This document shows positions 61,182 through 64,000 of a DNA stretch of 64,000 bases, piece after piece. Position numbers and translations under genes: made by a program. Positions within the stretch are counted from its first letter, which is position 1. Each line of letters begins with the position of its first letter. Location of the stretch: positions 992,001 to 1,056,000 of the forward strand of contig JBBPEB010000030.1 in the NCBI GenBank assembly GCA_039096225.1, given 5' to 3'. This DNA comes from Blastocystis sp. Blastoise. Lineage: Eukaryota > Protista > Bigyra: Opalinata. The notes under the pieces are model-generated. The model did not search any database. It saw only the letters and a list, made by a program, of their open reading frames with translations, and was not told the DNA's origin.

Positions 61182-64000
61182 GGCATCCAATTGATATCTC
61201 CTACAGTATCAACGATTCCTTTGACTTCTACTACTATTACTCCTTCTGAATATCCTCTCTTCTTCACGAGTACTGCAGGATCTATATATCCACTTCAATT
61301 ATTCCTTAATAGTCGATGTGGACAAATACCTATAGATATTGATCTCGAAAAACGAATTAAAATCACTTTTATTAGTGATCGAAAGGGTATATTTATTATT
61401 ATATATATTTATTATTATTCTATATATATATAGTTCCATCTCTTCCTACATATACCTTCTCCTATCTTTCTTCTTCTTCTCTTTATTTATATTTAAAAGC
61501 TATCTATGTAGCTATATATGATATTTATATAACAGTAGATGGTATTCCTATTCATTATTCTCCATTTTTATCTGCATGGACAGTAACTCATGGTTCTCTT
61601 CTTCCTTCAAATACTATTTTTATACCACCAAATAGAACTACTAGTGTTGGCATTATTCGTATATATTTATTTAATTAATATTTATTTAATAATATATATA
61701 TATATATAGATGATTTTGAAATATATTTTCGTGATGAATATAATAATACAGTTCCTACAACATTATTTACAGGAACAATTCTATTAAATACAGATCAATC
61801 TTATTTCTTTACTTCAAAAGAAGGTATTTATTTATTTATTTATTTATTATTATTATTATTATATATATATAGATCCATTACATGAAAAATTAATATATCA
61901 ATTTGTTTCGTATACTTCAGAATCTGTTTATTTTAGATGGATGTATATATATATAAATATTTATATAAATAATAATAATATTTTTATAGTGTGAATGGTT
62001 TATCTGTGATTAATACTCCATTCCAATTATCAGTATATAGTGATGTTCCTTCTTATCTCTACTCTTCTATCTCTACTATCTATTCAATTATTCCTTTATA
62101 TAGAAGTGTTGATGTATATATATAATAATAATAAAAATAAAAATAATATATATAGTTTACATTAATAGTAAGAGATCGTTATTATAATTTAGTGAATCAG
62201 AATAATTTTATAATAAAATTATATGTAACATCTTCAGAAGGATTTGATATTCCTTTATTTCCAGGGGAATCCGATCAATTCTTTAGTTATAGAATCACTA
62301 TGGATTCTACTTCACAATATACATTATCCATTCGTTTCTTTCGTGAGATTTCTAATGGTCATTTATATGTACGTCTTCTAAATCAAGAAGAAGAAGAAGA
62401 TATTGATACAATTAATTCTTATATATATTGTACTATTCAAAGTAGAATTAGTCCTAATGATTGCTCGAAAACTGAAATCTATATATCCTTTTATTAGTTA
62501 TTTTATATTATATTCTCTCAATAATAATATTATATATATTTCTTAATTCTACTTTTTACAGTCCTATTAGTTTTGCAGGCACATTAACGTATATGTATAT
62601 ATATACAAGAGATATATATGATGATGGATATTGTTTAGATAATCGAAGAGATAAATATAAAGTGTATATTAAAGGTGATGGAGAAGTATATATATATTTA
62701 TTTAATATATTATTATTATATATAGTATACTCAGAAATCCTTTTATTCATTTTCAACATCTCCTTCTCTTGATATATATACACAAGAATATCAATATACT
62801 TCTATTTGTCCTCTTTATACATTTATTCAATTACCTTCAAAAGTTAGAAATATAACTGTGAAAATAGATTGTTTATCTGAAGATAATATTTGGTCCTCTT
62901 TAGAATGGAATATCACTACTATACCTTCTACTGAAATGTATATTAATTATTATTATTCTCTTATATATATATAGTACATCTACAATAAAAGTAACTCATG
63001 ATTCTCTTTATACTGCTGGTGATATTATTCCTATAAACATCAAATTCTTTGATATGTAATTATTTATTATTCTTTATTTATATATTATTTATAGATATAA
63101 TAATTCAGTAATTAATTTACAAAGTGTGTATAAAATATGTGATTATAGTTATGTAGAAGGTATATTTAAATATATATAATTTGAATATAATTTTATATAG
63201 ATCGAAATACTTATTATGATGTTATGAATCCAGATTCAATAAGTCTTCTTAGTACATGTTCTATACCTGCTAAAGTATCAGGATTCCATAAGATTTCATT
63301 GATTACATTAGTTTCTGGAAATATCTATGATTCTTATCTAAGTAAATATATTTATATTTATAATATATATTATCTATAATAGCTGTTGTTCCTGGTACTC
63401 TTTATATTGCTCATACTGATATTCATGGTACTGGAATTGAATTTGTTTCTTATTGTGATTCTACTAATATTTCTATTTGTGGAGATATCTATATGAATTT
63501 AAAAGTATTTATTTATTATTATTATTATTATATATTTATAATAGGATGAATATTTTAATTCATTGAATGCTACATATTATATTGAAGAAGGTGGATATTC
63601 AAAAGAAGATCCTTCTTTTTCTATATATAATCATGAAGGAGAATATATTGATATAGATATTCGACGAGCTGATACTTTAGAAGATACTCCTTTCACTGTA
63701 GATAAACATATACTCAATAATACGTATATTTAATATTATTATTTATATTTATTATTTATTTATAGTATTCATATTCATTATATTGTTGAAATGTCTTCTA
63801 TTATTGGTCTTACTGAATCAGAATATCCTTATTTATATATACGTCTATTCTTTCAAAATAAACAAGATAATCTATTCTCTAAAGATATTCCTGTTACTCT
63901 ATCTTCTCTTCCTTATTCTCTATTCATGTATATATATTTTTTATTATTATTTTCAATATCTGTATAGATTAACATCTCCTCTTAAATTTCATGTATCATC
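61182..64000 (+). CDS. Multi-exon filamin/Ig-like beta-repeat protein, 3'-truncated; 5' exons (~60610-61090) not resolved
   Basis: About 15 short exons join in frame by GT-AG introns. Recurring motifs FEIYFRDEYNN, FTLIVRDRYYN, IYTRDIYD, IKFFDIYNN and LKDEYFN, plus VNGLSVINTPFQLSV and DGIPIHYSPF, resemble filamin-type Ig repeats. Confidence 0.65.

Noticed and set aside
62478-62561. Apparent CT donor (or CT-AC intron) in the filamin-like gene
   Set aside because: A GT donor at 62497 joins in frame to the CAG acceptor at 62561.

Overview
Very AT-rich, intron-dense eukaryotic nuclear DNA. The standard genetic code and mostly GT-AG introns with (TA)n-rich ends give sensible proteins. The gene content suggests an anaerobic gut protist, most likely an AT-rich Blastocystis or relative; this is inference from expanded Ig-like surface proteins and a gut-bacterial-type RidA. 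Manual splicing gives about 13 protein genes: two giant discoidin/He_PIG-Ig/Cys-repeat type I membrane proteins, a HERP-like ubiquitin-domain membrane protein, two tandem XPG/PIN (Asteroid/FAM120-like) paralogs, a PH-domain PP2A B56 subunit, an intronless bacterial-type RidA, a TM-RING-H2 ligase, EF1-gamma, a large protein with a CX5RS phosphatase-like loop plus a pseudokinase, a partial filamin/Ig-like repeat protein and two hypotheticals. Non-coding features: seven ~800-bp tandem units, each a 5S rRNA gene preceded by (TA)n and TTAGGG/TTTAGGG telomere-type repeats; a Tc1/mariner-like end that terminates this array; a 97-bp CACTA-ended hairpin element with a 3-bp target-site duplication; and a dispersed GC-rich motif (CCRCGGGAAT-like) inside coding sequence. 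EF1-gamma introns lack GT donors, which may be biology or a polishing artefact. Most short ORFs in the supplied track are microsatellite artefacts or single exons.
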